NCBI GenBank assembly: GCA_963712535.1
Contig: CAVQIK010000019.1
Coordinates: 44,791-108,790, forward strand
DNA: 64,000 nt
Reading direction: 5' to 3'
From: an uncultured delta proteobacterium
Lineage (GTDB): Bacteria > Desulfobacterota > SM23-61
Positions 29,432 through 39,798 of this stretch are shown one piece after another. Made by a program: the position numbers and the translations under genes. Each line of letters begins with the position of its first letter. Position 1 is the stretch's first letter. The notes beneath the pieces are model-generated. The model saw nothing but the letters and a program-made list of their open reading frames with translations, was not told the origin of the DNA and did no database searches.

Positions 29432-30289
29432 TTGAGTGAGTTCTTATTGGTTCAGACTCTGAACGGGATTTCTTTTGGAGCCCTTCTTTTCCTGCTGGCC
29501 AGCGGCCTCTCCCTGATTTACGGGGTGATGAAGATCGTGAATATCGCCCACGGGTCCTATTTCATGCTCGGGGCGTATGTCGGGCTCTCGGTCATCCTGC
29601 GGACCCAGAGCTTCCTCCTGGGGGCCTTCGCCGGGGGTCTGGCCGTGGCGGTGCTCGGCCTGATCATGGAGCGGGGGTTCTTGAGAAAGTTTCCCTTGCA
29701 GCCCCTTCCTCAAATGATGATCACCCTGGGGTTTGCCCTGGTCTTCCGCGACCTGGCCCTCCTGATCTGGGGCGGGGATCCTTACACGCTTCCCTCCCCG
29801 CCGTTCCTGCGAGGGTCGACGCACATCCACACCGTCGTATTCCCCGTCTACCGCCTTTTCGTCATCGGCGTGGCCGCTGCCGTGGCGGTTTCCCTCTGGC
29901 TCTTCAATGACCGAACTCTGGTGGGGGCGAAACTGCGGGCGGCGGTGGACGATCACGAAATGGCCGGAGGAGTGGGCCTCAACGTTCCCCTGATATCGGG
30001 GTGCATGTTCGGCCTGGGAGCTTTTCTGGCCGCCTTCGGAGGGGTCATGGGCGGACCGATCTTCGGCGTTTATCCCGGCCTCGATTTCGAGCTCCTCTCG
30101 CTGGGTTTCGTCGTCGTGATCGTGGGCGGCAGGGGCAGCCTGAAGGGGTCCGCGGTAGGAAGCATCCTGGTGGGCCTGGTTGACAACTTCGGAAAGGCGC
30201 TGCTCCCGGAACTCTCCTATTTCACGCTGTTTGCGCCCATGGCGATTATTGTGGCTTTAAAGCCTAAGGGACTCTTCGGAAGAGAATAA
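29432..30289 (+). CDS. ABC transporter permease (LivH family), set 2
   Basis: TTG start, 285 aa. LNGISFGALLFLLASGLSLIYGVMKIVNIAHG. Confidence 0.85.
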   Translation: MSEFLLVQTLNGISFGALLFLLASGLSLIYGVMKIVNIAHGSYFMLGAYVGLSVILRTQSFLLGAFAGGLAVAVLGLIMERGFLRKFPLQPLPQMMITLGFALVFRDLALLIWGGDPYTLPSPPFLRGSTHIHTVVFPVYRLFVIGVAAAVAVSLWLFNDRTLVGAKLRAAVDDHEMAGGVGLNVPLISGCMFGLGAFLAAFGGVMGGPIFGVYPGLDFELLSLGFVVVIVGGRGSLKGSAVGSILVGLVDNFGKALLPELSYFTLFAPMAIIVALKPKGLFGRE

Positions 30290-30292
30290 AAG

Positions 30293-31302
30293 ATGAGAGA
30301 ACTCCTGGGTCGAACGAACGAAGCTCGCCGGCCTTATCCTGGCCTTTCTTTTCCTGGTGGCCTTGCCTCCCTTTTACACCTCCTACTGGGTTACTCTTCT
30401 CACCCAGATGTTGATCTTTGCCATCCTGGCCATGAGCCTGGATATTCTCGTGGGATACACGGGGCTATCATCCTTCGGCCATGCGGGTTTTTTCGGGGCC
30501 GCGGCTTATGTGGCGGCCATTCTCTCCACCCGCTACCGGATGGGTTTTCTCATCTGCTTTGCCGGAGGTATCGCTTTGACTGCGGGGATCGGGGCCGTCT
30601 TCGGACTCCTGGTCGCTCACGCCTCAGGAGTCTATTTCCTGATCATCACCCTGGCCCTGGGAATGACTCTCTGGGGCCTCGCATTTCGCTGGGTCTCCAT
30701 GACCGGAGGAGATAACGGCATCTCCGGAATCCTGCGGCCGGATATCGGGCTGCCGATTTCTTTGAAAGATCCTCTCACGTTTTATTATTTCATCGCCGTT
30801 TTGTTTCTCCTCATGCCTGATCCTCATGGCCGTTCTGGTCCGCTCCCCTTTCGGCCACAGCCTCAAAGGCGTTCGGGAGAGCGAATCCCGCATGCGGGTC
30901 CTCGGCTACCATTCCTGGCTCCATAAGTACCTGAGTTACGTCCTGGCGGCGGCCTTCGCCGGGTCCGCGGGTGTGCTCTGGGCCTATTTCAACGGTTTCA
31001 CCAGCCCCTATGACATGGATCTCACCGCATCGATCGAAATCATCCTGATGGTCATCCTGGGCGGCCCGGGCACGCTGATCGGCCCGGCCCTGGGGGCGGG
31101 GATCATCGTGTTCCTCAAGAATTTTATCAGCGCCTACACCCAGCGCTGGCTCCTCATTTTGGGGACCATTTACATCCTCACCATTCTTTATGCCCCCCAG
31201 GGGCTGGTGAATTTCATCAGGGATTTTCTGAATCGAAGGCACAAAGAACCCGGGCCCGCGGAAGGGAGCTCACTCCCGCCTGAGGTTATCCCTGAGCCCT
31301 GA
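30293..31302 (+). pseudogene. ABC transporter permease (LivM family), set 2, frame-disrupted
   Basis: Fragments 30357..30926 and 30826..31302 join as ...FIAVLF|..LILMAVLVRSPFG, with a frame change near 30808-30818. A further shift is possible between ATG 30293 and the ERTKLAGLILAFLFL segment. Confidence 0.75.
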
Positions 31303-31312
31303 AAGACACAAC

Positions 31313-32090
31313 ATGGGACCGGGAAAAGAGTACGGCAATCATCGGCCTGTTCCGTGTCTGGTTTTGGAGGATCTGTCCATCGATTTCGGCGGCCTCCGAG
31401 CGGTCGATGAGGTCAACCTGCGGTCGAGGCGGGCGAGAGGCGTGTTCTGATGGGGCCGAATGGCGCCGGCAAAACGACGCTCTTTAATCTCGTCAGCGGG
31501 ATCTATCCGGCAACCCGGGGGAGAATCGTCTATTTTGAAAAGGACGTCACCGGACTGCCGGCTTACCGCCGGGCCGCCCTGGGAATCGCCAGGACCTATC
31601 AGATCACCAATCTTTTTCCCAACCTGACCGTGTCCGAAAATATTCTGATGGCCTGCCAGGCCCTGGAACGGACAAAGTTCGTGATGCTGCGGCCTCTCTC
31701 CTCGTATCGCCGGCTCATGGACCGATGCAGCGGTCTTATTAAAAGAGTTCGAGTTGTGGGAAAGGCGGAACGAACTGGTGAAGAACCTTTCTCACGGAGA
31801 CCAGAGGCAGATCGAGGTGGCGATGGCCCTCGCCGCAGAGACCCCGCCTCCTCCTTCTCGATGAGCCGGCGGCCGGACTCTCTTCGGCTGAAACCCAGGC
31901 CCTGACCCTCTTGCTCAAAAAACTCGACCCTTCGATTACGATCCTGTTGATCGAACACGACATGGACGTCGCCTTCGAGTTTGCCGAAAAGATCACCGTT
32001 CTATATCAAGGGAAGTTCCTGACCGAGGGCACGAAGGAGGAAATTAAGAAGAATCCCACCGTGCAGGAGATTTATTTGGGTGCCGAGTAG
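31313..32090 (+). pseudogene. ABC transporter ATP-binding protein (LivG family), set 2, frame-disrupted
   Basis: The start region ...LVLEDLSIDFGGLRAVDEVNL, the Walker A segment GPNGAGKTTLFN (ORF 31450..), then LSHGDQRQIEVAMALA and LLLLDEPAAGLS...IEHDMDV...EIYLGAE lie in different frames. About 3 frame changes (near 31420, 31735, 31845). Confidence 0.75.
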
Positions 32091-32096
32091 ACCGCT

Positions 32097-32793
32097 ATGT
32101 TGAAGATCGTCGACATCCACACCTATTACGGCGACAGTTATGTCCTCCAGGGGATCAGCCTGGAGGTCGGCAAAGGGACGGTTGTCGCCCTCCTGGGGCG
32201 AAATGGGGTGGGAAAGACAACCCTGATTCGATCGATCGTCGGATTTACCCCGGCCCGGCGGGGGCAAATCCTGTTCAGGGACAGGGACATCACCCACGTG
32301 GCCGCTTATAAGATCGTTCGCCTGCGGATCGGCCTCGTTCCCCAGGGCCGGCGAATCTTCCCCTCCCTCACGGTGAAGGAGAACCTCGCGGTTGCCGAAC
32401 GCGGCTCCGATGCTCGACCCTGGGACTTTGAAAAGATCTATGCTCTTTTCCCCCGCCTGGAAGAGCGCCGCAACCAGAGGGCCAATACCCTGAGCGGCGG
32501 CGAACAGCAGATGCTGGCGATTGGCAGGGCCCTGATATCGAACCCTCTCTTTCTTCTCATGGACGAACCCACGGAAGGATTGGCGCCGGTTCTGGTCCGG
32601 GAGGTGGGCGATGTGATTCTGCGGTTGAAAAGAGAGGGGTTGTCGATCTTCCTGGTCGAACAGAACCTTTCTTTTGCCAAAAAGATTCGCGGATTACACC
32701 CACGTGATGAGCAAGGGGAAGATCGTCTATTCTTCGACTCCGTCGGAGCTTTGGGAAAATCGGGAGATCAAGGAACGTTACCTGGGCGTCTGA
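32097..32793 (+). pseudogene. ABC transporter ATP-binding protein (LivF family), set 2, frame-disrupted near the 3' end
   Basis: In frame through LVEQNLSFAKKI. The conserved tail DYTHVMSKGKIVYSSTPSELWENREIKERYLGV* is in the +1 frame, with the shift near 32688. Confidence 0.75.
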
Positions 32794-32866
32794 CCGGAGG
32801 GAACTATCAGTTCCCGTTCTTCCCGGCAGATGATTTTGTCCTTGATGCTCTCCAAAAAGTTTTTGA

Positions 32867-32968
32867 GTCGTCACCCCGGCGAAAGCCGGGGTCCAGGACA
32901 TTTTAGAATCCATGGATTCCGGCCTTTGCCGTGAGCTCAGTCGAACGCTTTCGCCGGAATGACGAAAA
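32867..32968 (+). repeat. Small GC-hairpin repeat (family D, copy 1)
   Basis: GTCGTCACCCCGGCGAAAGCCGGGGTCCAGG...GATTCCGGC...TTTCGCCGGAATGACGAAAA. Homologous to 53385-53458 in inverted orientation. Confidence 0.65.
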
Positions 32969-33019
32969 TAGGCAGTCTTGGACTTTTTACGAATTCGTCA
33001 TCCTTGAAGGGGGGAAATC

Positions 33020-34384
33020 TTGGACGCCGATCTTGCCATCACCAACGGCCTCCTGGTCGATTCAAGAAGTATCTACCCGGGCGTCATTTATATCCGGGAG
33101 GGGAAGATCGCCGGGATCACCCGTTCTCTGGAAAGTAGACCCCAGGAAGTGATCGATGCCCGTGGGCTTTATGTTCTTCCCGGAGCCATTGACGGGCACG
33201 TCCACATGATGGACCCCGGCTATACCGATCGCGAGGATTTCACCACCGGAACCCGGGCGGCCGCCAGGGGAGGGGTCACCACGGTGATCGATCATCACCG
33301 CACCGAGCCCCAGGTGTTCGGGGCCAAGGAACTTGAGGCGAAAAAAGAGTATTTGAAGACCCGCTCCATCGTAGATTTCGGGTTGCTGGGGGGCTTGAGC
33401 CTGACCAACTTGGGAAACTTGAGGGGCATGTGGGAGGCGGGCGCTCTGGGCTTCAAGGGCTTCACCTGCCAGCTGCACGAAGCGGACGCCCTCCTCAGCG
33501 GGAACGTGATGGAGATCCTCCACGAAATCCTCCAATTCGACGGAGTCGCCCTCTTTCACTGCGAGGACGATTCGCTTCTCAAAAAAAAAGAAGAACAACT
33601 GCGGAAAGCCGGCAGAAAAGACCCTATTAGCGTCGCCGAGTGGCGCTCCCCCGAGGCCGAGGAGCTGGCGGTCCGAACTCTGATCTACGCCGCCACGAAG
33701 ACGGGAGCCCGCGTTGCCGTGGCTCACACCAGCCTCCCTTCTCTCGTTCTCGAACAAGCGGCAGCAAGGGCCCAAGGGGTCCGTGTGTACACGGAGACAT
33801 GCGCTCAATACCTTTGCCTCACCGAGGAGGACTTGATGCGCAAAGGGCCGTTCGCGAAATTCACTCCCCCGCCGCGGAAGAAGGAAGATGTCGAGAAAAT
33901 GTGGTGGTGCGCGGCCCATGGGCTCATCGACATGGTGAACTCCGACCACTGCCCTTATCCTGCCGCGGACAAAGAAGCGGGAATGAGAGATATCTGGCTG
34001 GCTCCCTTCGGGATTCCCGGGGTGGAGACGGCGACCCTGATTTTACTCGACCTGGTTTCCCGGAACCTGTTGACGCTCCAGCAGGTGGCGTATCTCCGGA
34101 GCGAAAGACCGGCTGCGGTTTACGCGCTGACCGGCCAGAAGGGGGAGATACGGGTGGGCTGCGACGCCGACCTTATTTTCGTTGACCGAAAACGAAAAGT
34201 TGTTTTAGATAATGCCAACGTTGTTTCGAAATGCGGATGGACCCCCTATCATGGCAGAGAAGTGACCGGAGATGTCGTCCTCACCATGGTGCGGGGGAAA
34301 ATCGTGATGGAGGAAGGAAAGGCCATCGGAGAGCCGGGCTGGGGAAGGTTCGTTACGCGAAATAGGGCAAAGCACGAGTATTAG
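33020..34384 (+). CDS. Cyclic amidohydrolase (allantoinase / dihydropyrimidinase-hydantoinase / dihydroorotase superfamily)
   Basis: 454 aa, TTG start after GAAGGGGGG. Metal-site blocks DGHVHM, GFKGF, LFHCED, VAHTS and NSDHCPY. Confidence 0.8.
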   Translation: MDADLAITNGLLVDSRSIYPGVIYIREGKIAGITRSLESRPQEVIDARGLYVLPGAIDGHVHMMDPGYTDREDFTTGTRAAARGGVTTVIDHHRTEPQVFGAKELEAKKEYLKTRSIVDFGLLGGLSLTNLGNLRGMWEAGALGFKGFTCQLHEADALLSGNVMEILHEILQFDGVALFHCEDDSLLKKKEEQLRKAGRKDPISVAEWRSPEAEELAVRTLIYAATKTGARVAVAHTSLPSLVLEQAAARAQGVRVYTETCAQYLCLTEEDLMRKGPFAKFTPPPRKKEDVEKMWWCAAHGLIDMVNSDHCPYPAADKEAGMRDIWLAPFGIPGVETATLILLDLVSRNLLTLQQVAYLRSERPAAVYALTGQKGEIRVGCDADLIFVDRKRKVVLDNANVVSKCGWTPYHGREVTGDVVLTMVRGKIVMEEGKAIGEPGWGRFVTRNRAKHEY

Positions 34385-34417
34385 AAAACCGGCATCAACT
34401 TAGCGCATGGAAACACA

Positions 34418-34497
34418 GAAATCCCTCCTACCTCCCTTTTCCAAAGGGAGGAAAAATAAGAATCCCCCTTTTAAAAAGGGGGACTAAGGGGGATTTC
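34418..34497. repeat. Family P C/G-tract palindrome, doublet (copy 5)
   Basis: GAAATCCCTCCTACCTCCCTTTTCCAAAGGGAGG...AATCCCCCTTTTAAAAAGGGGGACTAAGGGGGATTTC. Confidence 0.85.
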
Positions 34498-34554
34498 TGG
34501 GGATACCTGGGAATTCTGGCGGCTCTTTTATTTCACTGAATAACGGAGGAGATC

Positions 34555-35412
34555 ATGGGTAAGAAAAAGACGCTGTATCTGCATGACATGAACTATACGG
34601 AAGTTGCTGCCTACCTTCGGACCTGCGACGTTGTGATGGTTCCCATGGGAAGCCTCGAGAGGCACGGGGCGCACATTCCGCTGGGCTGCGACGCCCTCAC
34701 CACCTGGGAAGTCGCCGTCCGGGCATCGCAGAAAGCCTCGGTCATTTATACTCCCATTATTCCTTACGGGTACTCCCCCCATCACATGCATGAGCTGGGG
34801 AATGGGACCGGCACGATCACCCTCTCGGGAGAGACCTACCGCCGGGTCCTCTATGATATCGGCAAGTCCCTCATCTACCACGGTTTCAACAAGGTGGTCT
34901 TCGTCACCCATCATGGCTCCAACTCCAAAGTCGTGGACGAGGTGCTTCGCCGGATCCGGTATGAGAGCGGCGGATTCACCTGCTGGTACAAAACCCCCAC
35001 GGAAAGAGAGTACAACGCCCTGAAAGGGATCATCGAGGGCCCTCCGGAAGAGACTCCCGGCTGGCATTCCGGGGAGATCGAGACTTCGACCTGCCTGGCC
35101 TACGATGAAACCTCGGTGGACATGACCCTCGCGGTGAAAGATCGCACCCATGCCCCGGAATGGATGGGGCCCGCCTTCTCGAAAAAGGATGGCTCCGGGA
35201 TGGTGGAATTCAGGGAGACGGAGCAGGCGTGGGTTCCCATGGAGCATCACGAGTACTCCGAAACGTCCACCATCGGCAACCCGTTCCGGGGGACCAAGGA
35301 AAAAGGGCTGAAATACTTTGAACACAGCGCGGAACATCTCGCCGCCTTCCTGGAGGAGGTGAAGAAATTTCCGATCCAGGCAAAGAACCGGGAATTCAAC
35401 AACCGGGCTTGA
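34555..35412 (+). CDS. Creatininase family amidohydrolase
   Basis: 285 aa. VMVPMGSLERHGAHIPLGCD and FVTHHGSN blocks belong to the creatinine amidohydrolase/MftE/ArfB-type family. Confidence 0.8.
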   Translation: MGKKKTLYLHDMNYTEVAAYLRTCDVVMVPMGSLERHGAHIPLGCDALTTWEVAVRASQKASVIYTPIIPYGYSPHHMHELGNGTGTITLSGETYRRVLYDIGKSLIYHGFNKVVFVTHHGSNSKVVDEVLRRIRYESGGFTCWYKTPTEREYNALKGIIEGPPEETPGWHSGEIETSTCLAYDETSVDMTLAVKDRTHAPEWMGPAFSKKDGSGMVEFRETEQAWVPMEHHEYSETSTIGNPFRGTKEKGLKYFEHSAEHLAAFLEEVKKFPIQAKNREFNNRA

Positions 35413-35448
35413 ACGGGATGGCGGGGGGCTATATTCCCTCTCACCCAA

Positions 35449-35618
35449 CCCTCTCCCGCGAGAGACTGTGTCGTAATTCGGCGCTGGCCCTTCGACAGGC
35501 TCAGGGCGAACGGCTAAGTTATTGATTCTTAGTGAGTCGTTTCCGTTCGTGGTGAGTCCCGCGAAGCGCGGGATCGAACCATGAACGGAATTACGACACA
35601 GTCTTTGCGAGGAGAGGG
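35449..35618. repeat. Foldback repeat (family C, copy 1)
   Basis: Arms CCCTCTCCCGCGAGAGACTGTGTCGTAATTC (35449-35479) and GAATTACGACACAGTCTTTGCGAGGAGAGGG (35588-35618). The interior shares the TTCGACAGGCTCAGGGCGAACGG and CCGTTCGTGGTGAG blocks with 43760-43891. Confidence 0.75.
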
Positions 35619-35753
35619 TCAATATAATGGGAATAAATTCCTTCCCCCTGGACGGGGGAGGGCGAGGGTGGGGGTGAAATGGAAATTTTTCACAATTTTG
35701 GGGAAGGGTAAGAGAATTTCATTTTTTGAGATCGCCGGGGAGGAAGGACCGAC

Positions 35754-36845
35754 ATGAAAATTCCCGAGAAGATGCAGGCAGCCGTGCTGCTGGGCCCGAA
35801 CGATCTCGCGGTCCGGGAAGTGGAAACCCCGAAACCCGGACCGGCGGACGTCCTGATCCGGGTCGCCTCCTGCGCCGTTTGCAGCAGCGATCTTAGCCTG
35901 CTCGCCCACCCCTGGCCCGGCCAGCCTCCTTACGGGGAATTCATCCCCGGCCACGAATATTCCGGCATGATTGCGGCCACAGGGGAGACGGTGGACGAAC
36001 TTCGGGTCGGCGACCGGGTGGCGGTGGAAGCTCATTACGGCTGCGGCCGCTGCCGGAATTGCCGGCTCGGCAATTACACCTCCTGCCTCAATTACGGGAA
36101 ACGGGACAAAGGCCACCGGGCAAACGGGTTTACCACGAACGGCGGATTTGCGGAGTACACGGTAAACCACGTCAATACGGTTCACCCGATCCCCGATGCC
36201 GTCGGGTTCGAAGAAGCTTCTTTGATCACCAACCTGGGGTGCGTTCTCTACGGGCTTGAAACCATCGGCGGCTACATCGTGGGGGATCACGTGGCGGTGA
36301 TCGGCCCGGGCCCCTTGGGACTCATCTCGGTGGAGGCGGCCAAGGCTTTGTGTGCGGGGAAGGTTTACCTGGTCGGCACCCGGGCTTCCCGGCTTCAGGT
36401 GGGGGCGGCCCTCGGAGCCGATTTTCTCATCGACGTGAACAGGGACGACCCCGTCTCCGTCGTCCGGGAGGCGACCGCCGGAATCGGCGCCGATCTGGTC
36501 ATTGAATCGTCGGGCAGCGCCCGCGGTTTGCAGATGGCCATTGCCATGGCCAGGCGGATGGGCAAGATCCTGCTGCTGGGTTTTCCGGAAGACCCGGTGA
36601 GCGCGGATTTTGCTTCCCTGGGGAAAGACAACCAGACGATTTACACGGTGCGTGGGGAGGGCTGGGGCAACTGCCGAAGGGCCGTCTCTTTGCTCGCCTC
36701 GGGGAAGGTGAACTTGAAACCTCTTGTTACCCACTCATTTCCGCTGACACAGATCGGGGAAGCTTTCAAAACGTTCCGGGAAAGAACCGGCGGGGCCGTA
36801 AAAGTGGTGGTGAAACCGAATGACTCCTCTGCCGAGCGTTTATGA
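35754..36845 (+). CDS. Zinc-dependent alcohol/polyol dehydrogenase (MDR family, threonine/sorbitol dehydrogenase-like)
   Basis: GHEYSG, structural Zn loop GCGRCRNCRLGNYTSC, and NAD fold VIGPGPLG. Confidence 0.85.
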   Translation: MKIPEKMQAAVLLGPNDLAVREVETPKPGPADVLIRVASCAVCSSDLSLLAHPWPGQPPYGEFIPGHEYSGMIAATGETVDELRVGDRVAVEAHYGCGRCRNCRLGNYTSCLNYGKRDKGHRANGFTTNGGFAEYTVNHVNTVHPIPDAVGFEEASLITNLGCVLYGLETIGGYIVGDHVAVIGPGPLGLISVEAAKALCAGKVYLVGTRASRLQVGAALGADFLIDVNRDDPVSVVREATAGIGADLVIESSGSARGLQMAIAMARRMGKILLLGFPEDPVSADFASLGKDNQTIYTVRGEGWGNCRRAVSLLASGKVNLKPLVTHSFPLTQIGEAFKTFRERTGGAVKVVVKPNDSSAERL

Positions 36846-36944
36846 CCAAAGGGCGGCGGAGCGGCCGGAGATCGAAAGAGGAAGAATTTCCGGCGAGAAC
36901 TATAAATCATAACTAGAATATTCGGAAATTGTTTAGCCATTCCA

Positions 36945-37023
36945 GAAATCCCTCCCGGCCTCCCTTTAATAAAGGGAGGCGAGTAGTCTCCCCCTTTGGA
37001 AAAGGGGGATTAAGGGGGATTTC
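36945..37023. repeat. Family P C/G-tract palindrome, doublet (copy 6)
   Basis: GAAATCCCTCCCGGCCTCCCTTTAATAAAGGGAGG...CTCCCCCTTTGGAAAAGGGGGATTAAGGGGGATTTC. The flanks pair as TTGTTTAGCC / GGCTAAACAG. Confidence 0.85.
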
Positions 37024-37104
37024 TGGGGGTTCCTGCATCTTGGAATTTATTTTTTATAAGGCTAAACAGTCACGAAATTAGAACTGCAGGTCAGGAGGCA
37101 CGCT

Positions 37105-38034
37105 TTGGGCAAGGGCATCGGGTACGGCAAAACGATTTTATTCGGGGAAATGTTCGCCATCTTCGGCATTCCGGTCATCGCGTCCGCCCTGTCGATGACG
37201 GCTGAGGCCGAGGTGGTTAAGAGCGGTTCCGGGGGCTGGCAAGTCCGCGACGAGCGCCGGGAAGCGAAAGGTTACATCGAAGAAAAAAAGGCAATGCAAG
37301 TCGAATCCCTGGAAAGGATTTTTCGCCACCTCGGTTTCCGCCCGGAACATCTCGGGATCCGGCTCGCCGGGGATCTCCCTGCTATGAGCGGGATCGGGGC
37401 CACGGGGGCGAGCTCGGTGGCGATCGTGCGCGCGCTCTGCGAAGAATTCAAGCTCCCACTGACGGACGATGAAGTCAATGCTTGCGCGTACCAGGCGGAG
37501 ATTGCCTATCACGGGCCCACCACGAGCGGGATCGATAACCTGGTCTCCACTCACGGCGGAATCATCTGGCTCACCCGAGGAGAGCCAAACGTAGTTCGCA
37601 AGATGAAGTTCCGGGAACCTGTCGAGGTGGTCATCGGCGACACGGGGATCATCGCCAACACCAAGTCTCTGCTGGCAGCCTTGGGAGAGAGGAAAAAGGC
37701 ATCTCCCGAACGCTACGATCGGATGCTGCAGGAGGCCCGCAGGATTGCCGAAGAGGCCGTGGCCGGCATCGAAAGGTTCGACCTGAAGGAGATCGGCCGA
37801 TTGATGAACAGGAACCAATCCCTGCTGCGAGAAGCGGAAATCTCGTGCCCGGAACTGGATTCTTTGGTGGACCTATGCCTCCGCGCGGGAGCGCTGGGAG
37901 CCAAGCTCACCGGTTCGGGGGGCGGCGGCTGCATGCTGGCCCTGACCCCGGGGAAAGATAAGCAGGAGAAGGTCGCTTCGGCGGTGGAACGGGCCGGATT
38001 TCAGGCCCTCCGGTCGACCCTGGGGATTTATTGA
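37105..38034 (+). CDS. GHMP kinase family protein, mevalonate kinase-like
   Basis: TTG start after AGGAGG. GKTILFGEMFAIFG (motif I, with Met where mevalonate kinases have His), PAMSGIGATGASSVA (motif II), KLTGSGGGGCMLAL (motif III). Confidence 0.75.
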   Translation: MGKGIGYGKTILFGEMFAIFGIPVIASALSMTAEAEVVKSGSGGWQVRDERREAKGYIEEKKAMQVESLERIFRHLGFRPEHLGIRLAGDLPAMSGIGATGASSVAIVRALCEEFKLPLTDDEVNACAYQAEIAYHGPTTSGIDNLVSTHGGIIWLTRGEPNVVRKMKFREPVEVVIGDTGIIANTKSLLAALGERKKASPERYDRMLQEARRIAEEAVAGIERFDLKEIGRLMNRNQSLLREAEISCPELDSLVDLCLRAGALGAKLTGSGGGGCMLALTPGKDKQEKVASAVERAGFQALRSTLGIY

Positions 38035-38109
38035 GCCGCGAATAGGATCAGGGATAAAACGGGAATTCCGTTCTCTGATTTGTGAAAACCGCAGAGGGGG
38101 AATACAAGA

Positions 38110-38475
38110 ATGAACGGCGGAATCCGATGGCCGGAGATTCCCTGGGAGAAGGTGAATGATTCCATCAGCCGGAAAGTAGTCATGGGAGAACGGCTCATGA
38201 TGGTCATGTACCGATTTGCTCCGAACCAGGCCTGGCCGGAGGAAGCGCACGAAGCCGAGCAGGCCGGGTACGTCGTCCGCGGAAGAATCGAGTTGTCCTT
38301 GCCCTCCCAGGCGAGGAAGGTCTTGCTGGAGGCAGGGGACGGGTATCTGATCCCCTCTCGGGCTCCCCATTCCTGGAAAGTTTTGGATGAGACGCTTCTG
38401 ATCGATTTCTTCAGCCCGCCGCGGCGGGAGCTGTTTGAGAAAAAATTCGCCCCCAACGCAACGGAGGGCCAATAA
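38110..38475 (+). CDS. Cupin domain protein
   Basis: 121 aa with a two-motif cupin core (HEAEQAGYVVRGRIEL ... GDGYLIPSRAPHSW). Confidence 0.6.
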   Translation: MNGGIRWPEIPWEKVNDSISRKVVMGERLMMVMYRFAPNQAWPEEAHEAEQAGYVVRGRIELSLPSQARKVLLEAGDGYLIPSRAPHSWKVLDETLLIDFFSPPRRELFEKKFAPNATEGQ

Positions 38476-38544
38476 GAAGAAGACGCCAGACCTCAGACCC
38501 CCGACAGGAGACTGAACGACGGCGAGTGAAAAAGAGGGAGAATC

Positions 38545-39798
38545 ATGGACAGGACGATTCTTCTGATCGGAACGATGGACACCAAAGAGGAGGAGATCCT
38601 ATTCTGCCGGGATCTAATCCTCCGCAAGGGGTTCAGAGTCCTTCTCCTTGATGCGGGGATCCTGAAGGACCCCCGGGCGCACCCGGATATAACCCGCCAT
38701 GACGTCGCCCGGGCCGCAGGAGTTGCCGACCTGGCGGCTTTGCTCGCGACAGGAGAAAAGGGAAGGTGCATTGAAACGATGATTCGGGGAGTCACCGCCA
38801 AGGCGCAGGAACTCCTACGGCAGAGGGCCTTCCACGGGATCCTCGGAATGGGCGGAGGGCAGGGGACGGATATCTGCGCGTCGGCCATGCGGAGCGTTCC
38901 GCGGGGGATGCCCAAGGTATTGGTCTCGACGGTGGCCTCGGGCAAGGCTTCTTTCGGCCCCTACGTCGGCACCAAGGACCTCACCATGATGCACTCCATC
39001 GCCGATCTCCAGGGGTTGAATTTTTTAACTCGCCGCATCCTGGCCAATGCCGTAGGGGCAATCTGCGGGATGGTGGGAACACCGGACGAAGGGGAGATGA
39101 AGCCCCGGGGAACCCCCGTTGCCCTCTCCATGCTGGGGACAACCACTCCCGGCGCTCTTCGGATAAAGGGGATCCTGGAGCGGCGCGGATACGAAGTGGT
39201 CGCGTTTCATCAAAACGGGACGGGCGGCATCGCCATGGAAGAAATGATCCGGGAGGGCGCCTTCCGGGGGGTTCTGGACCTGAACCTGCATGAAATCGGC
39301 GACCGGTTTGTCGGAGGGCTGCACAGCGATCCACGGGGCGAGCGATTGGAGGCGGCGGGGGAACGGGGGATCCCCCAGGTGGTCGCTCCCGGCTCCATCA
39401 ATTACGCGGTTTGGGGGCCTTTTGAAACCCTCTCCCCGGAACTGAAGTCCCGGAAACATATTATTCACAACCCCAACATGACCCTGGTGCGGCTGAATCC
39501 GGACGAGCTGCGCAGCGTGGGGAAGCTCACCGCGGAAAAACTCAACCGGGCCAAAGGGCCTACGCGAGTATTCATCCCCCTGCGGGGTTTCTCCTTCCCC
39601 GATCGTGAAAACCTGCCCCATTGGGAGCCCGATGGGAACCGGGCCTTCCTGGAAGGTTTCAGGGCACACCTGCGGCCCTCGATTCCCCTCCAGGAGCTCG
39701 ACGCTCACATCAACGACCCGGAGTTCATCGACCCGGTGGCGGAGAGCTTCTTATCAATGATGGAGGATCCGCGCCGCATTGAAGGAGGGAAACTTTGA
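38545..39798 (+). CDS. UPF0261 / Tm-1-like ATP-binding domain protein
   Basis: 417 aa. ILLIGTMDTKEEE, GILGMGGGQGT, PKVLVSTVASG and ANAVGAICGMV blocks are characteristic of the UPF0261 family. Confidence 0.8.
   Translation: MDRTILLIGTMDTKEEEILFCRDLILRKGFRVLLLDAGILKDPRAHPDITRHDVARAAGVADLAALLATGEKGRCIETMIRGVTAKAQELLRQRAFHGILGMGGGQGTDICASAMRSVPRGMPKVLVSTVASGKASFGPYVGTKDLTMMHSIADLQGLNFLTRRILANAVGAICGMVGTPDEGEMKPRGTPVALSMLGTTTPGALRIKGILERRGYEVVAFHQNGTGGIAMEEMIREGAFRGVLDLNLHEIGDRFVGGLHSDPRGERLEAAGERGIPQVVAPGSINYAVWGPFETLSPELKSRKHIIHNPNMTLVRLNPDELRSVGKLTAEKLNRAKGPTRVFIPLRGFSFPDRENLPHWEPDGNRAFLEGFRAHLRPSIPLQELDAHINDPEFIDPVAESFLSMMEDPRRIEGGKL

Noticed and set aside
37105-38034. Mevalonate pathway locus
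   Set aside because: Only the kinase-like gene is present. No HMG-CoA synthase or reductase, phosphomevalonate kinase, decarboxylase or IPP isomerase is in the window, and motif I is atypical. I therefore call it only a GHMP kinase of unknown substrate.
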